A DNA stretch of 63,945 nt, counting the filler, from Aduncisulcus paluster (Eukaryota), in assembly GCA_024181965.1 (NCBI GenBank). It is 12 parts of 12 records of this genome, joined end to end, with 100 filler letters (N's around TTAATTAATTAA, not from the genome) between each part and the next. Parts side by side here need not be neighbours in the genome. Positions count along the whole stretch, not along the records: positions 28,301 to 31,766 come from BQXS01012358.1; positions 31,867 to 35,586 come from BQXS01012359.1; positions 35,687 to 42,525 come from BQXS01012360.1; 9 more parts are not named here. One strand, written 5' to 3'. Shown here one piece after another: positions 29,371-42,625 of this stretch. Position 1 is the stretch's first letter, and every line of letters starts with the position of its first letter. The position numbers were made by a program, and so were the translations under genes. The notes under the pieces are model-generated. The model did no database searches. It saw only the letters and a program-made list of their open reading frames with translations, and had not been told where the DNA came from.

Positions 29371-31221
29371 ATATTGATGAGGACGGTATATAGAATAGCC
29401 ACATCAGTTGTCAGCATAATTTCCTTGAGATTGAGTCCGTATAGTTGTGATTGAACCTTTTTAGGATGAAGTAGTTTAGGACATTATATCATACAATTCA
29501 GTTGACAATTAATTATTTTATTCTTTTTTCTTATAATTGAAAGTTTTTCGAGCTCTAGTTCTATTTTTAGTTATTTTTGATTATCATTTTGATACTTTTT
29601 GGACGATGGTATTTTTCTTACTTTTGATTAAAGTTCGATGTTTCTTTTCTTTCCTGATTTAGGTCTTTCAGGTCATTTCTAATGAATTAAATTAAAATTG
29701 ATATTTGATTTGTTATTTAATTTTAATTATTATTTTATTTTGTTTTTTTTTTTGTTTTTTTACAGAATGTTCTTCAAATATTTATGATTGTGATTTATTG
29801 ATTTTCTTTTGTAATTTCTATTGATGATCAGTTAATCAATATTTCCTCTATTAATTTTTATCTTTGCAAAGAGGTGCATGTGAATTATTATTATTATCTT
29901 CCTCCTCTTTCTCAAAATTGTGATGGCTGTTTTTTATTATATATATAATATTACTTTATATACATTTATTAATTTATTTTTGTTTACCTTACAAGCAATC
30001 AAAGTATTTATAAAATATTTTATGTTTTTATAAATATTCTTTGAAACGATACAAATACAACAAAGTTTTTGTACTTTTTTATCTTATTTATTTTTTGAAT
30101 TGTTCTTCAATAATCTATTTTTAGGTTAATAGATTGATATAATTTCGTATAGTACAATTAATTATGTTTAATATCTTCTCTAAAATGCTATTCTAAAATA
30201 TAATTTTTACATTTTATTTTATAAATTATTTATTGTTTTGTTTTTACATTTTACTGGTAATATGATCGATTATCATTTTATTTATTATTATAATTTTTTT
30301 GTCTCTCGACTTTGTTTGTATCTTATTATTACTATTATTATATTTCTATTTCTGGAAAGAATGATACAAATCTAAGTTGTTTCTTGGATGGATTGTTTAC
30401 CGTCGGACCTTTTCTGCCTTCGTTCTTTTATTTTATTATTTATATATCACTCTTCAACGTCCTCCTTTTGACTATTTTTTATATAAATTATTATTATTAT
30501 TATCCTAATTTTTTTTTTTTTTTTTTTTTAAAAAAAATTTTTTTTGTTGAGAGATTAATTCTATATTCATATTCTTGTTATTTCTCAAATAACTATATAG
30601 CTAGCATTTTTCACTCATGAACATTATTTCTTCAGTACAATCTATTGTACGCTTTATATTGTTTTATTTTTGTAATTAAGTATGGCTTTCGATTTTTTCT
30701 TTTTTTTATTATTCTCTATATTTTTTTTTTTTTGCATAATTTGATCATTTCTTATCTATTTTTACTGCTTTGCTGCTTATTCTGCTTTTCTTCTGTTTCT
30801 TTTTGGGTTGGCTCCTATGCCTTGTAACTTGACAATTCTTATTCTTGTTATGAATATTTTCACGCCGTGTGAAGTTACTGAAAAAAAAAAATAAATTAGG
30901 TTACAATGGAAATTGTGGGTAATTTGGTTGATCGGCCTTGTTATTTCCGAAATAAGTCTCCATTTTGCAACGATAATTCCAACTTTGGACCTTCTTGTCA
31001 GTGGTGAAAATCTTCTACGCTCCAAAGCGTGCTATAATGCCATTCACACAATTATCTCCTTGGTTTTACCCTCTAAATAAATCATTTAGCATGTTTTACT
31101 CATCTAAATAATAATCGAGTTTCTATTGAAAGCTGGAGAATTTTCATTTTCTGTTTTGTATCACCTAGTTCATATATTCAATTTTTTAGATCTTATAATT
31201 CTTAATAACTTCTTGTCTAAC

Positions 31222-31766
31222 ATGAATTTAACCGTATATTTTGTCTGTTTTGTTTGTATTCTGTTCACTTTTTCAGAAGCATATCCTCTCACCGTTGCAA
31301 GCTACAATTCTTCGGTCATTACTTATAGCACGACTAATTTGCTGTTTTCTGTCCAAACAGCGAATTCAGGATATTATACTTATTGTATTTCGAACGATGT
31401 TGGCGAATGTTCATGGCGGTCTGCTAGCGAGATGGAGTGGAAGACCATCTACTTTAATGGAACTCCAAGCACACCGACTATTAGTTATGAGGAATTTCTG
31501 CCCCTTATAATCGAAGATGGCTCCCTTACTGTCACTTTCTATTTTTGCTATTATAATGATGCTTCTCACATGACCGAAAGTGAGATCTCTGAAGAAGATT
31601 CTTTCCGCTTTGATGTATCCGTGGGTTCTGAACTGGAAATGACTGGAATGCCTGAGAAACTTGATCAATACCTTTCATTTGAGCTTTTCTTGAGTACTAA
31701 TGGATATCTCCATTCCTACGATATGTCCATATATTTGTCCATCTTTTCTGAAAACTTTGTCAACAC
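31222..31766 (+). CDS. Secreted/surface protein, 3' truncated
   Basis: ATG 31222 followed by a signal-peptide-like MNLTVYFVCFVCILFTFSEA; open to the contig end. Confidence 0.6.
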
Positions 31767-31866
31767 NNNNNNNNNNNNNNNNNNNNNNNNNNNNNNNNNN
31801 NNNNNNNNNNTTAATTAATTAANNNNNNNNNNNNNNNNNNNNNNNNNNNNNNNNNNNNNNNNNNNN

Positions 31867-32657
31867 CCGAGAGTAAGCTCCGTAATAGTGGACGGGATTG
31901 AACTAAGATCACGGGGATGAATGGACAAGTATAAAAGAATGTCTTCATTATCATCCAAGTCATCAATTAGAGCTTGTGTCACATTCAATGACGTAACAGT
32001 TGCTGGCACAGGAGACAAGTCATACACGCTCGTGCCACTCAGATCCAATGTCGTTAGCGCGGGGAGGGCTGACCCATCGGACAGGGCAAGACTCGAAAAG
32101 AACCCGGGGAACGTGACGTTCGTGCGCCCAGAGATGGAAAGCGTGGTCAGGGACGATGGGAACATGCCTTGCACAGTCACATCATAGTGATTGTCAGAGT
32201 CGAACAGAGGAGTCAGGGACGACAGCTGAGTCGCCCAGTAGTCACCAGAAGAAACGGCTCCAACAGTCAAGTACAATGCACGCAGAGACGTCAGACGCGA
32301 GAAATCAGTGTTCGGCGCAATGTCAATGTTATTCAGCGTAAGCGTCTCCAGGCTCGTGGGAAGATCCTCGATGTCACTGGTGCTCAGTTGTTTGGACACA
32401 GAGTCCGTGTTGCTCACATACAACGTCGTAAGGTTCGTCGCAGCACTCAGGCCTGCGAAGGAGTCAACAAAGTACGTGTTCAACGAGGTCAGGTGTTGGA
32501 AGTCATCTTCAGTGAGATCCTTGCAATAGGCTGCATGATCGAGGGCAAGACAGATGTCGTTCCTAAGGTTGGCATCAACAACGTCATCATTTGTGGCTAA
32601 TGATGCACAAAATGGCATGACAAAAGCAATTACAAACAGAAAGCCAAAGAATTGCAT
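31867..32657 (-). CDS. Internalin-like LRR surface protein, 3' truncated
   Basis: Signal peptide MQFFGFLFVIAFVMPFCASLA, cap DANLRNDICLAL, LxxLxLxxN/T repeats. Confidence 0.75.
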
Positions 32658-33584
32658 CCAGGTTAAGGATCCAAGGATGTTATGAATTCTTCCAGGAAAT
32701 CTCTTAACTCTTGAGTCGCAAATGGCCTTATGCGGCTGGAAAACGAAATTAATCGCAATTTTTCCGATTGTCATTTTGTCAATCGAAAGAAAAAGGTGAT
32801 TGAAACATCGAAATGGCCTTCTAAAAATAACTTATTTAGATTGAATCTCAGCTATTCAAAACATTTTGGATATTTTTAGATCTGTTTTCGCCAATTTTTG
32901 TTATTAATTGGATTTTATGTGTTTTTTCTTGTTCAATAATGAATATTTGCCTTTAAGTTCTGATTTGTTTAGATCTAATTTGATGATCTGCAAATTTTGC
33001 TTCAGTACATGCAAAAAGATTGATCAAATTACATCATCGTGAAAACTAATGTTGGAAAATTTGGTAATATTGAATCATTATCCAGTGGGAATGGCTTTTT
33101 GGGTTCACTGAACGGGAATTAAAATTGGACATAGATCTATGATTAGACGAGCGATCAGAAGGAACATCCCACTGAAAATGCGTTTTTACCGGGTTATATT
33201 TTTTCCGAAACTGCAGGTTGGGGAGATATTCATCGGATATGCTGAGCATGTCATGCTCAAACGTCTGTTGCGTGGACTTGCTAAAATTTGAATTCCTTCC
33301 TGAGAAGTTATTTTAAAATTTCAGTGTTAGTTGGTTTAGATAGAGTTTTGGTGTGTAAATTTGAAGGGAAACTGTACATATTCATACATTTGTAGATTGA
33401 GGGTGAAAATATGGCAAAATTTAACGAGATTAGGAAGAAATTGGATCAAAAATTATCAATTAAGACCTTAGTGATGGGATGATTCATCAAAATTTGCCTT
33501 TGTTTTGATATATATATTCAATATGATATATGATTCATATATATTTAATGATTAGAACCCCAATAAACTTTATTGAATAAAAAT

Positions 33585-34580
33585 TCACTTTCGAGATGAA
33601 CTTGAAAGGGTATCGAGAGGATTGATTCTTTTTCGTGATCTTGAGCCCATTCTTGCCAGTTCATCGGCTCGTTCATTATATTTGTTTCCATTATGACCCT
33701 TAGTGTGATGGAATTTGACCTTGAGAAAGCCAGCCATTCCTCTTTCTTCGTCCAACTTTTGCCATAAATTGATATTTTTGACTGGTTTCCGAGTGGATGA
33801 AACCCAACCATTTTTCTTCCAACCCTGAATCCAGTGGTCAATACCCTGGACAACATATTGGCTGTCAGAAAATATATGAATTGTGTCAAAGTCAAATTTA
33901 CCTTTCGTCAATCTCACATATTGCAAGGCATAAATTGCAGCACATAGTTCCATCGTATTATTTGTCGATGCAGAAGAGCCCGAAGCTCCATACACTTCAA
34001 TATCTTCGAAACTATCACCAGTAACAACGAAACCCCAGCCCCCATATCCAGGATTACGAATACATGAACCATCAGTATAAATTGAAATATTTTTTGGGTA
34101 TGATATTGATTTTGGAGCAAGACTCTGAGTATCCATTATTGAACTCTTTTTAGGTGGGAAAATTTCCTTAGCATATTCGAGATCTTCGTCATCATCGTCA
34201 AAAGTTGGATGTCTTCTTTTCGAAGCTTGTTCATTACAAATAGATTCAGATGGAGAATCAAATAATTCGAGACGAACCGCAGTTTCAGGTTTTGGGGCGC
34301 AAGAAGAGGTGGAAATTTTTGGAGAGGTGCTTATATTTGTCATTTTTTTTGTTGTTTCTTCAGAATGAATGATTGGTTTTGGAGAAATATCTGGGATTGG
34401 GGGTATGGATTTCAACAACAATGATAATTGTTCTGTAAGAGAAGTGAATTGGTGTATGAGAGAAATCAATTTTGACTTGGATACCTCAATGATATCATCT
34501 TTTGGGTGTGAATCAGCTTCTGCAAGGAGATCACTTATTCCACTCTTTGAATCTGCAAGATAATATTCAATATCACTCAT
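33585..34580 (-). CDS. Ribonuclease HI with N-terminal extension
   Basis: YTDGSC, NPGYGGWG, TNNTMEL, SDSQY, GWKKNGW…PVKN..LWQKLD, KGHNG, NERADELA; complete D-E-D-D set. Confidence 0.92.
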   Translation of the reverse strand: MSDIEYYLADSKSGISDLLAEADSHPKDDIIEVSKSKLISLIHQFTSLTEQLSLLLKSIPPIPDISPKPIIHSEETTKKMTNISTSPKISTSSCAPKPETAVRLELFDSPSESICNEQASKRRHPTFDDDDEDLEYAKEIFPPKKSSIMDTQSLAPKSISYPKNISIYTDGSCIRNPGYGGWGFVVTGDSFEDIEVYGASGSSASTNNTMELCAAIYALQYVRLTKGKFDFDTIHIFSDSQYVVQGIDHWIQGWKKNGWVSSTRKPVKNINLWQKLDEERGMAGFLKVKFHHTKGHNGNKYNERADELARMGSRSRKRINPLDTLSSSSRK

Positions 34581-34802
34581 ATTTAATATTATTTTGAATT
34601 TCGAATATATTATTCGAACGAAAAATGGCTTTTTTTGGAGAGGGAGCAAAACAAAATCGTTTTAACTCCAATTGTTCGCTTAATATCATGATAAATATCG
34701 AATGTATTCCATTTTATTTTCTTATTATTATCTTTTATCGAATGGATCATTCCGAATGATCTTCATCCCGATGAAATCATCCGGTTTTGGACACTCTACG
34801 AA

Positions 34803-35586
34803 ATGCTAATCCGTCATTTAGCCAAAGAATTGAATGCATGTATTGTAAATAATGATGCTATGAGGTTGATTAGGCTCCTTTCTTCATATAATCGTCCTTT
34901 TCTCAACAAAGTGTTTTTGGAATATAATATTATTTATGCAGCTGATGTTTATGTTAAATTACGAGCTATTGCATCTGGTCCTTTCCTTCGACTGATTGAA
35001 TTCCTTTCGAAGCCCTCTTGTCAAGTGTTTTCTGAATTCGTCATTGAATCATTAAAATTATTGAATCCCCAACAAACGTATTTTCTCACTGCGGCTATCG
35101 TCCTACAAGAATGGCCGATTGTTGAAGAATACATTGATTCATTTTATAAATATCATCCTGAGGGTTTGACATTGGAGGAAGCTCTACAATCACAAGTTCG
35201 TGATGGAGTATTTAAGGTTCACTTATTATCTGTTATTCATGATCGCAGATTTGAAACTCCACATGGTACATCTAGGGTCCTTCAAGATGTAGCTTGTATA
35301 AAGCGAAATAGTCATAAAGAAAATCAGAGTTTACTATCAAATATTTTAATTCATGAGAGTTATGCCCATATATGTGCTGTATCTGCCTCTCTTGCAAAGA
35401 CTGATAAACATTATGAAACCGATGAAAAGCCTGGAGAACCAATCGTCCATTATATTAAAGATGCTTTTAGCGGAAATAGTCAGACCTTTTTTGTTTTGCT
35501 TGCTGAATATGCTATTTCCCCTCCTCGTTCTCTTGCTAGAGCTATTCATGGGGCAGTTAAGGGGGTGGGAACAAAGAATTTACTGT
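34803..35586 (+). CDS. Annexin (alpha-giardin-like), 3' truncated
   Basis: IKDAFSGN and LARAIHGAVKGVGTK annexin-repeat signature; start uncertain. Confidence 0.7.
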
Positions 35587-35686
35587 NNNNNNNNNNNNNN
35601 NNNNNNNNNNNNNNNNNNNNNNNNNNNNNNTTAATTAATTAANNNNNNNNNNNNNNNNNNNNNNNNNNNNNNNNNNNNNNNNNNNN

Positions 35687-36806
35687 GTTCCTTTTCTTCC
35701 TCTTCTTCCACATTTTCGATTTCCTCTTCTTCTTCTTCTTCTTTCCTTTGATGTCTCAAGAGTCTCTCTTCATCAAGCAGAGGGACTGAGGACATCCAAG
35801 CACTTCCTTTGAGACTACATGCAAGAATGTCTCCATCAAGGGTCTCAACAGCGGTAAAAACAGGATATTTCAACTCAGCATCCGCAACCTTCGACATGGT
35901 CATCACAGACCCTTGCTTCTTGTTTGTTCCTTCTATCTTGGAGAGGATAGACATCGAAGAGGAAGCAGACGCTTGTGGATATGCACTGAAAACCTCAACA
36001 GAACTAGAGGAAGGACTCGAGCATAGGAGATACTTATTCGAAAGAAGAGAGAGCTTACAGGAAGACGACAACAGTCTTGGAGATCGTGCAATAACCTTAA
36101 GCTTATCTGAGAGCAAAATAACATTGCCGGATTTGCTTATTATATAACATAAAGCACGGTGATCTTTCCCATTGAGAGAAAATTTCCATGAACGGCCCAT
36201 AACAATGTTATTATAGACATTTGAATGGGAAAATTTATGAGTTGGAATCTTTGGGGCAAGTAATTTTTCAACTCCAGTATAATCAGCCGACTCACATACA
36301 TCATCAAAAACACGGATTAATCCCCCAGCGGAAAGACAAACGACCTGACCAGACTGACGACTAGAAGCAATTGATATGATTCCATCCTCACATACTTTTG
36401 TTCTATCAACGTTTTCTGGATCTAAAACAGAAACGAAAGCAACATTTCCATCGGAAAGACCAACTGCAAGAATTTCATCGTCATAAGTAAAGGTCGCAGA
36501 TAATGGAGGAAATTCGAATGGTTGAGGGCTTTCTTTTTCTGAAATAACATCACCTTTGTGACGAAACAATGTAATTGAACGTCCATGAGCAACAGCTAAC
36601 CTTGCAGAGCATATGCAAATAGCATGAGGAGTATCTGTGATTTTATGAATTGATTTAGCAGATGTCCACTCTCCATTCTCATAAACAGAATGATAAATAC
36701 TCCCATCCTTTAAAAGAGCATAAAAATGGTTTTCAAAGATGCAAACGTCCTCAATATTAGATGGAATGGATATTTCCTTGTCAAAAATAGATTTTTCTTC
36801 CTCCAT
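35687..36806 (-). CDS. WD40-like beta-propeller protein, 3' truncated
   Basis: ILAVGLSDGNVAF and VCLSAGGLIRVFD blade-like motifs; acidic tail. Confidence 0.6.
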
Positions 36807-37043
36807 CAATATCTAATTTGGTGGCAAATTGAAAAAATAACAAAAAATACTTTAGCACTGCTATGGCAAAGTAAATTGGCATATCATAATAATACAGTAT
36901 TGTCTCAATAGAATGTCATTTATTATATGCAAAGAAAATCGAAAAATTGTTAACAATTGACGATGATTGTTATTCTAAGAAAGCTTATTGTAATTCATTA
37001 AAGACAGATATTGTAAAACCATAAATTTGATCCTATGACCATT

Positions 37044-37724
37044 TTAACATCCACAGCCTCCTCCATCAATATCAGCTGGCTCTTCGAGATCCAACCCAGG
37101 CTCTTCCTCATCTTCTTTATCATGGTCATCTCTTGGAAGATGGTGAGTAATTTGAACAAACATATCATTAATACATTGAGCAGTTTTGGCCGAAGTTTCA
37201 AAGAAAATTCCACCACAATCCTCAATTTCAGTCTTAGCTTCTTCAGTGGGAACTTCTCGCTGAGCCTCAAGATCACATTTGTTTCCAGCAACAATTATTA
37301 TCGTATCTTCACTTCCCATTTGCCTTAATTCTTTGATCCAATCCCTTACAGTTCCGAAGGTCTGCTTGCGGGTAATATCATAAACAATAATCGCAGCCTT
37401 TGCACCCCTATAATACATAGGGGTGAGTGTATGGTATTTTTCCTGTCCAGCAGTATCCCAAATTTGAAATTTGACTGCAGTTTCATCAACAACTACTGTT
37501 TTAGTCAAAAAAGACGCTCTGAAAATTAATTGGTATAAAAAAGGTCAAAATTAGAACAAAAAAACAATATATCAAATAACAAATGCCAAATATTGTTATA
37601 CATACCCAATAGTAGGCTCTTGGAAAGGCTTAAACTGATTGGTAACAAATCTCAGCACAATTGAACTCTTTCCACATCCGGATGCTCCCAAAAGCACTAA
37701 TTTCACTTCTTTAACACGTGACAT
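37044..37724 (-). CDS. Rab5-family (Rab5/22/21) GTPase, two exons: 37606..37724 and 37044..37518 (197 aa)
   Basis: An 87-nt intron GTATGT…TTTTCAG (37519-37605) restores GASGCGKS…EPTIG|ASFLTK. WDTAGQE, MYYRGA, GNKCD, ETSAK; CxC terminus. Confidence 0.92.
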
Positions 37725-38033
37725 CTCAAATTATATAGCGATAATATAAATTATTGTTTTGTTTTCAGCGAAAAAGGGGTTTACAATTTTTTTCTACAGA
37801 CGACTTGGATGATAGTAATGAAGAGTTATTAGGTTTCCTAAAATATGTCAAAACATTATAATTGAATAAATCTCCGATTCTTTACCCTTAAATATAAAAT
37901 ACTATTTATTCAGCCTCTGTTTCACATTCAATGTGAATGTGAAGGCTTCATGATGAAAAAATCTCATTACTTTTCTCAAGACAGCCATGATTACCACAAT
38001 CTACCAACTTATATCTTGAGAAAGTATTTTCTA

Positions 38034-40889
38034 TTAGATATCAATAGTTGCTCTCCCTATCTCTTCTCCCTTGATATAGCAAATACACAAATGTGGACAG
38101 CATAGGACTTTCTCAATGGAATCTGGGACTCCCATGAAATCATTGTGGATTCCCTGTCTTCTTTTCCTTATGAAAGCAGTCAAATAAGGAGGAAACACAA
38201 TCAATTCAGATCCTTCACAAACCCCACAGCACTCTGCCTCATAGTTGGGCAGCACAATAGACACAAAGACAGAATGAACGAGGGGAACTTCTTCAGGGAT
38301 CATCATGTCTCGAATAAGATCATGATCATGTCCAACTGAACCTTGGGCAGAATAATCATCATCGGAATCATCAGGCTCTTTCAGATTAGAAGATAGAGAG
38401 TGGATATTCTCATAGAGGGCATTTTGAGAAGAATCATCGGGAGCAGTTCTAATTTTAGATTCAGTAGGAATCATTCCTCTCTCCACACTGATCCTTTCCT
38501 CACTTATCCTTTCCTCTTCCTTTTCCTCTTCCTCTTCCTTTTCCTCTTCTCCTCTTTCTTCTTCTCCTTCCTGTTGAATAATACCTTCACATAAGCTGAT
38601 ATCACCTTCAACGACAACTCTACTTATAAAAACAACGAGAGGTTTTGGAATCTGTTTCCTTTGATGGTCACTTGAACCAGTTCCTGATAGACTAGACAAA
38701 GGAGCTGATGATTTCACAATGTCCTGGCTCAGTGTAGCTCCTTCATTTTTGAATGCATTGATAATGTCTATCCTACTCTTCTTCTCAATATCTCTCACTT
38801 TCACAAGTTCCATTCCTATTCCATCGTATTCAATGCACTTTCGGACAAATCTCGGTGTAAAGTCCCCATTTGGGAGAATATACTTGCTCGAAGCCCTGAT
38901 CTGTCGCATTCCACTCACATCTCCACTCACATCCCCAGTGTCTCCATCTGCACCTCCAGCCGTCCTTCTCTTCCGTTTCTCGGCATCAAGGACAACGGCT
39001 CTTCTCAGATCACCCATTTCATCCACACACAGTTCAGGTACAAGCACATCTTCTCCATCTCCAAGCTTGACTATGCTATCTCTGTGCTTGACCATGGATG
39101 CACTGTTCTGTCCAAATGGATGCATAATCCCAAGATCTACTCCTAGCTCAGACTCTGAGTGACTACGCATGAATGGCAGGTCAATATCTGTTGATTGTTT
39201 GCCACGAGGAGATCCTTCTTCTCCCTTTCTTCTTGTATTGTTTCTTCCAGTAATATCCAATTCTCCCCTCACGTGAGTACTAGTAGTATGCTTAGGGTAT
39301 TGAATTGGATGCAAGAGAGAGATAGACTCATTATTAGCGGTTATATCATCATTTCCATGTGGAGAGACGTATCCTTCTCCTTGAAACTGCATGCGATCAA
39401 GTCTATGACATGTCCCATCCTCTCCTTCTGCTCTATCTCCTTCTGCTCTATGACTGGTAATATAGATAGGACCAGGTGTCTCTTCTCTCTCACTCATGTC
39501 TCTGTCTAATGGATTCCTGTCGTCACCTGAAGTGCCCAGAATGACACTCTTGGACTCACATTGTCTGATAGTTGTCCCGGACACATATATAATACCCTGC
39601 CCGACTCCAACAATCCCGCTTTCCTTCTCTTTTTCCTCTTGCAGTCGTCTGATCTCCTCTCCTTCCCGCTGATCCTTCTCTACAAGCATTGTATACAGTG
39701 ACAATGGAGGAGTGCCAAGAATAGGACTAAGGATTTGCTCTCCTATTTCTGCTCTCCTGACAGAGGGATGTTCCAGTGTACATGATCGACATCCTGTTGA
39801 TATTGTCCCAATATGGCTTGATATTGCCCCAATATGGCTTGAAGAAGACTCATGTCCAACAGTGGTATGTGGTCTGCCTTTCATCCCCCCTCTTACCCTA
39901 TCCAGGTCGGAATATGTTGGATTATCTTCATTATCTGCTTGCTCTTTTTCTCCTCCTTCAACTATGTGAAGAGCTATATCAAGAAATGATGTATTGGCGG
40001 TCTTTTGAGGCTCTAAGGGGGAGGATGGGGGACTATTACATCGAGGGGAGGATGTGTGTGTATATTTAGCTATTCCAATGGGTAATGGGCTCTCAATTGG
40101 CGATACACTCTTTCCTGAGTCACGTATGGATCCTGATTGATTCCCCTTCATCCTTGAAAGCTGGATGGACAATGGATGGGGGGAGATCTGTTCTTGATGG
40201 TATGGAAGGGCAACATCAAGCATGTCCATAAAGAAATCACGTTGTATTTGCTCCGTATCTTTGGGATTTGACTCTTGGTTTCCGGGTGCTTGAGTTTGTC
40301 TAGAAATCGCAGTAAATGAATGATTTGGGGGGGTTGATTGTCCCAGCTTCTCTGATGTCATAGTAAAATCAAATTTATCATCCCCAATCGATTGTTTAGA
40401 CGTTGATTTGCTTGCTTGATATAATTCTTGAAATGTTGTCGGCTTGGATTGAATTGGAGACGTTGGAGAGGTAAAAGGAATAATAAGTTTCTTTCTAATT
40501 TTGGTACCAGTTGAAGAAATTGGTCGTCGAATTTTTCCCTGCCTTTGAGATAAGGTCTTAAAACCTCTATTTCGACGTTTTCGAATTGGAATGGCACTAT
40601 TTTCATTCATAAATGCTTGATCTTTCATAGGAAACATTTTATCAGGTTCTATTTGTTCGATATCATCCACTATAATCTCTTTACATTTTCCAAATTCTGT
40701 TTTAGATGGTTTCGAGGTAGAAGGCATAACAGCTGAAGATATAAATCCCGAAGAGGTTTCATGATCATCTCGATCTGATTTTTCCACCAAAGCCAGGTAT
40801 TCTTTCACAATTTCATCATCATCATCACTCACATCCAACTCTTCATCCAATAAAACTTCAGAAAAAGAAGATTTTTCTATATTGCTCAT
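38034..40889 (-). CDS. Hypothetical protein, largely low-complexity (951 aa)
   Basis: Long intact ORF; no family recognised. Confidence 0.7.
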   Translation of the reverse strand: MSNIEKSSFSEVLLDEELDVSDDDDEIVKEYLALVEKSDRDDHETSSGFISSAVMPSTSKPSKTEFGKCKEIIVDDIEQIEPDKMFPMKDQAFMNENSAIPIRKRRNRGFKTLSQRQGKIRRPISSTGTKIRKKLIIPFTSPTSPIQSKPTTFQELYQASKSTSKQSIGDDKFDFTMTSEKLGQSTPPNHSFTAISRQTQAPGNQESNPKDTEQIQRDFFMDMLDVALPYHQEQISPHPLSIQLSRMKGNQSGSIRDSGKSVSPIESPLPIGIAKYTHTSSPRCNSPPSSPLEPQKTANTSFLDIALHIVEGGEKEQADNEDNPTYSDLDRVRGGMKGRPHTTVGHESSSSHIGAISSHIGTISTGCRSCTLEHPSVRRAEIGEQILSPILGTPPLSLYTMLVEKDQREGEEIRRLQEEKEKESGIVGVGQGIIYVSGTTIRQCESKSVILGTSGDDRNPLDRDMSEREETPGPIYITSHRAEGDRAEGEDGTCHRLDRMQFQGEGYVSPHGNDDITANNESISLLHPIQYPKHTTSTHVRGELDITGRNNTRRKGEEGSPRGKQSTDIDLPFMRSHSESELGVDLGIMHPFGQNSASMVKHRDSIVKLGDGEDVLVPELCVDEMGDLRRAVVLDAEKRKRRTAGGADGDTGDVSGDVSGMRQIRASSKYILPNGDFTPRFVRKCIEYDGIGMELVKVRDIEKKSRIDIINAFKNEGATLSQDIVKSSAPLSSLSGTGSSDHQRKQIPKPLVVFISRVVVEGDISLCEGIIQQEGEEERGEEEKEEEEEKEEERISEERISVERGMIPTESKIRTAPDDSSQNALYENIHSLSSNLKEPDDSDDDYSAQGSVGHDHDLIRDMMIPEEVPLVHSVFVSIVLPNYEAECCGVCEGSELIVFPPYLTAFIRKRRQGIHNDFMGVPDSIEKVLCCPHLCICYIKGEEIGRATIDI

Positions 40890-41689
40890 ATAATATTTAC
40901 CTTTTTCTTTTTCAAATTGAAATTACATCACAATATTAGAACAACGATATGTTGTTCGTACCACAAAATTGTATTTTTTTTTTATGATTGGTGGATATTA
41001 AAAAAACATCTTTGATGGTGATAAAAAATGTCCCTTCATTTCAATATACTCAGAATTTTCATTTATTTTGCTGATATAACAAGGGATTGGCTTCTTTATC
41101 AATTTATCACTTTTGTCAGCAGATCCATATGATTATCACTCTTATGCTCTACTATCTTTCAAATACCATTAATGATTAGTAAAATTTCATGATTATCCAT
41201 CTCCGTATGCTAGTATTGCAGGATATACAAAGCCTTTGTTGACTGAGTCGGACCACATTTTATTGGGACATACGATAAGGAGTCCTTCTGCTTGGAGCTG
41301 AGAAAACCTTTGTTTCCTCTCTGGTTGCTTCTTTTTTCCTACGGATTAGTGCTGATAATGCCGATCCTCAGGTGAATATCATGAAAGTCGATAGGCCCAG
41401 ACCTTCGCTGATATTGGAGGACTTGAAGAACAGATTGAAGAGATGAGCTTATGGATTCCCTTGTGAAATAAACACTAAAAACTTCAAATTTGAATACACT
41501 CGATTTCATACTATGATTATAGTATGTCGTATATACCAATAAACAAGACAAAAACAATGGATGGAGAAATACTATTCTCAGTGTACAATTCTGCGCAATA
41601 CAAAAAAAATAGTTACAAAATAATATATGAGACAAGTAAAGTCCCAAGAACTCCAAAAGAACAAACGAACAAAAGAATGAAATATTCAG

Positions 41690-42525
41690 CTATTTTGGGT
41701 TCAACATTTGTTCGACTCTTTTCAAATGGGCCTGAGCTTGAATTGTTATGGGATTCTTTGGCCCCAATTGTTTCATATAATATTGATTAATCCTCCTTAT
41801 CACAGGCAAAGCGCTATCGATTACCATTAATTTGACAGTCTGAGGAAGCCCTACTTGCAATCGTTCATCGTGTTTGGCTTTGAATGCTTGGTATTCCCGA
41901 TGTAACTCGTGCTGAGTCTTCCTGCGCCACCTTGCAATTCCACTGGACAATCTCAGAGCAGCACTCACACTCAGTTCAACTCCTTTCGAAGGAGGTGTGG
42001 ATACAGAGGCTTCTCCAGAGTGATCGGGAAGGTGAGTGGCTGGAATCGGATGTAATAATTGCACATCTGGCCGTTCATCGGGAAGTAAGGGGAAGGCTGA
42101 CGAGGAATGGGTGTCAGATATATCAGATACAGATCGTCCAATCTCCTGAAGGGTGGCATCTGTGGTGGTTATGGGTTCTCCAGGAATACCAAGGAATACT
42201 TCCTCTTCCTTTTCCTCGGATTCTTTAATTATCTTCTTGGAAGTTACTTCTTTCTTTAGATCAGCTTCTTCTTCCTCCTCTTCTTCCTCCTCTTCTTCAA
42301 CTTCTTTTTCTTTCCCTTCCTTTTCTTTCCCTTCCTTTTCCTTCTTTTCTTTTCTATCATCTTTCTTTTCTTCGGCTTTCTTTTCTTCATCTTTCTTTTC
42401 TTCATCTTTTGGTTGTTTATGTTCCAATTTATCATCATCCTTTTCCGCAACTTCATGTTCTTCTGCTCCATTGGCTACCCTTGAAGATAATTCTTTTTCT
42501 TTGATATCTTTCTTTTCCTCTTCTT
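41690..42525 (-). CDS. Hypothetical Glu/Lys-rich protein, 5' truncated
   Basis: Charged low-complexity ORF running from the contig edge. Confidence 0.6.
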
Positions 42526-42625
42526 NNNNNNNNNNNNNNNNNNNNNNNNNNNNNNNNNNNNNNNNNNNNTTAATTAATTAANNNNNNNNNNNNNNNNNNN
42601 NNNNNNNNNNNNNNNNNNNNNNNNN

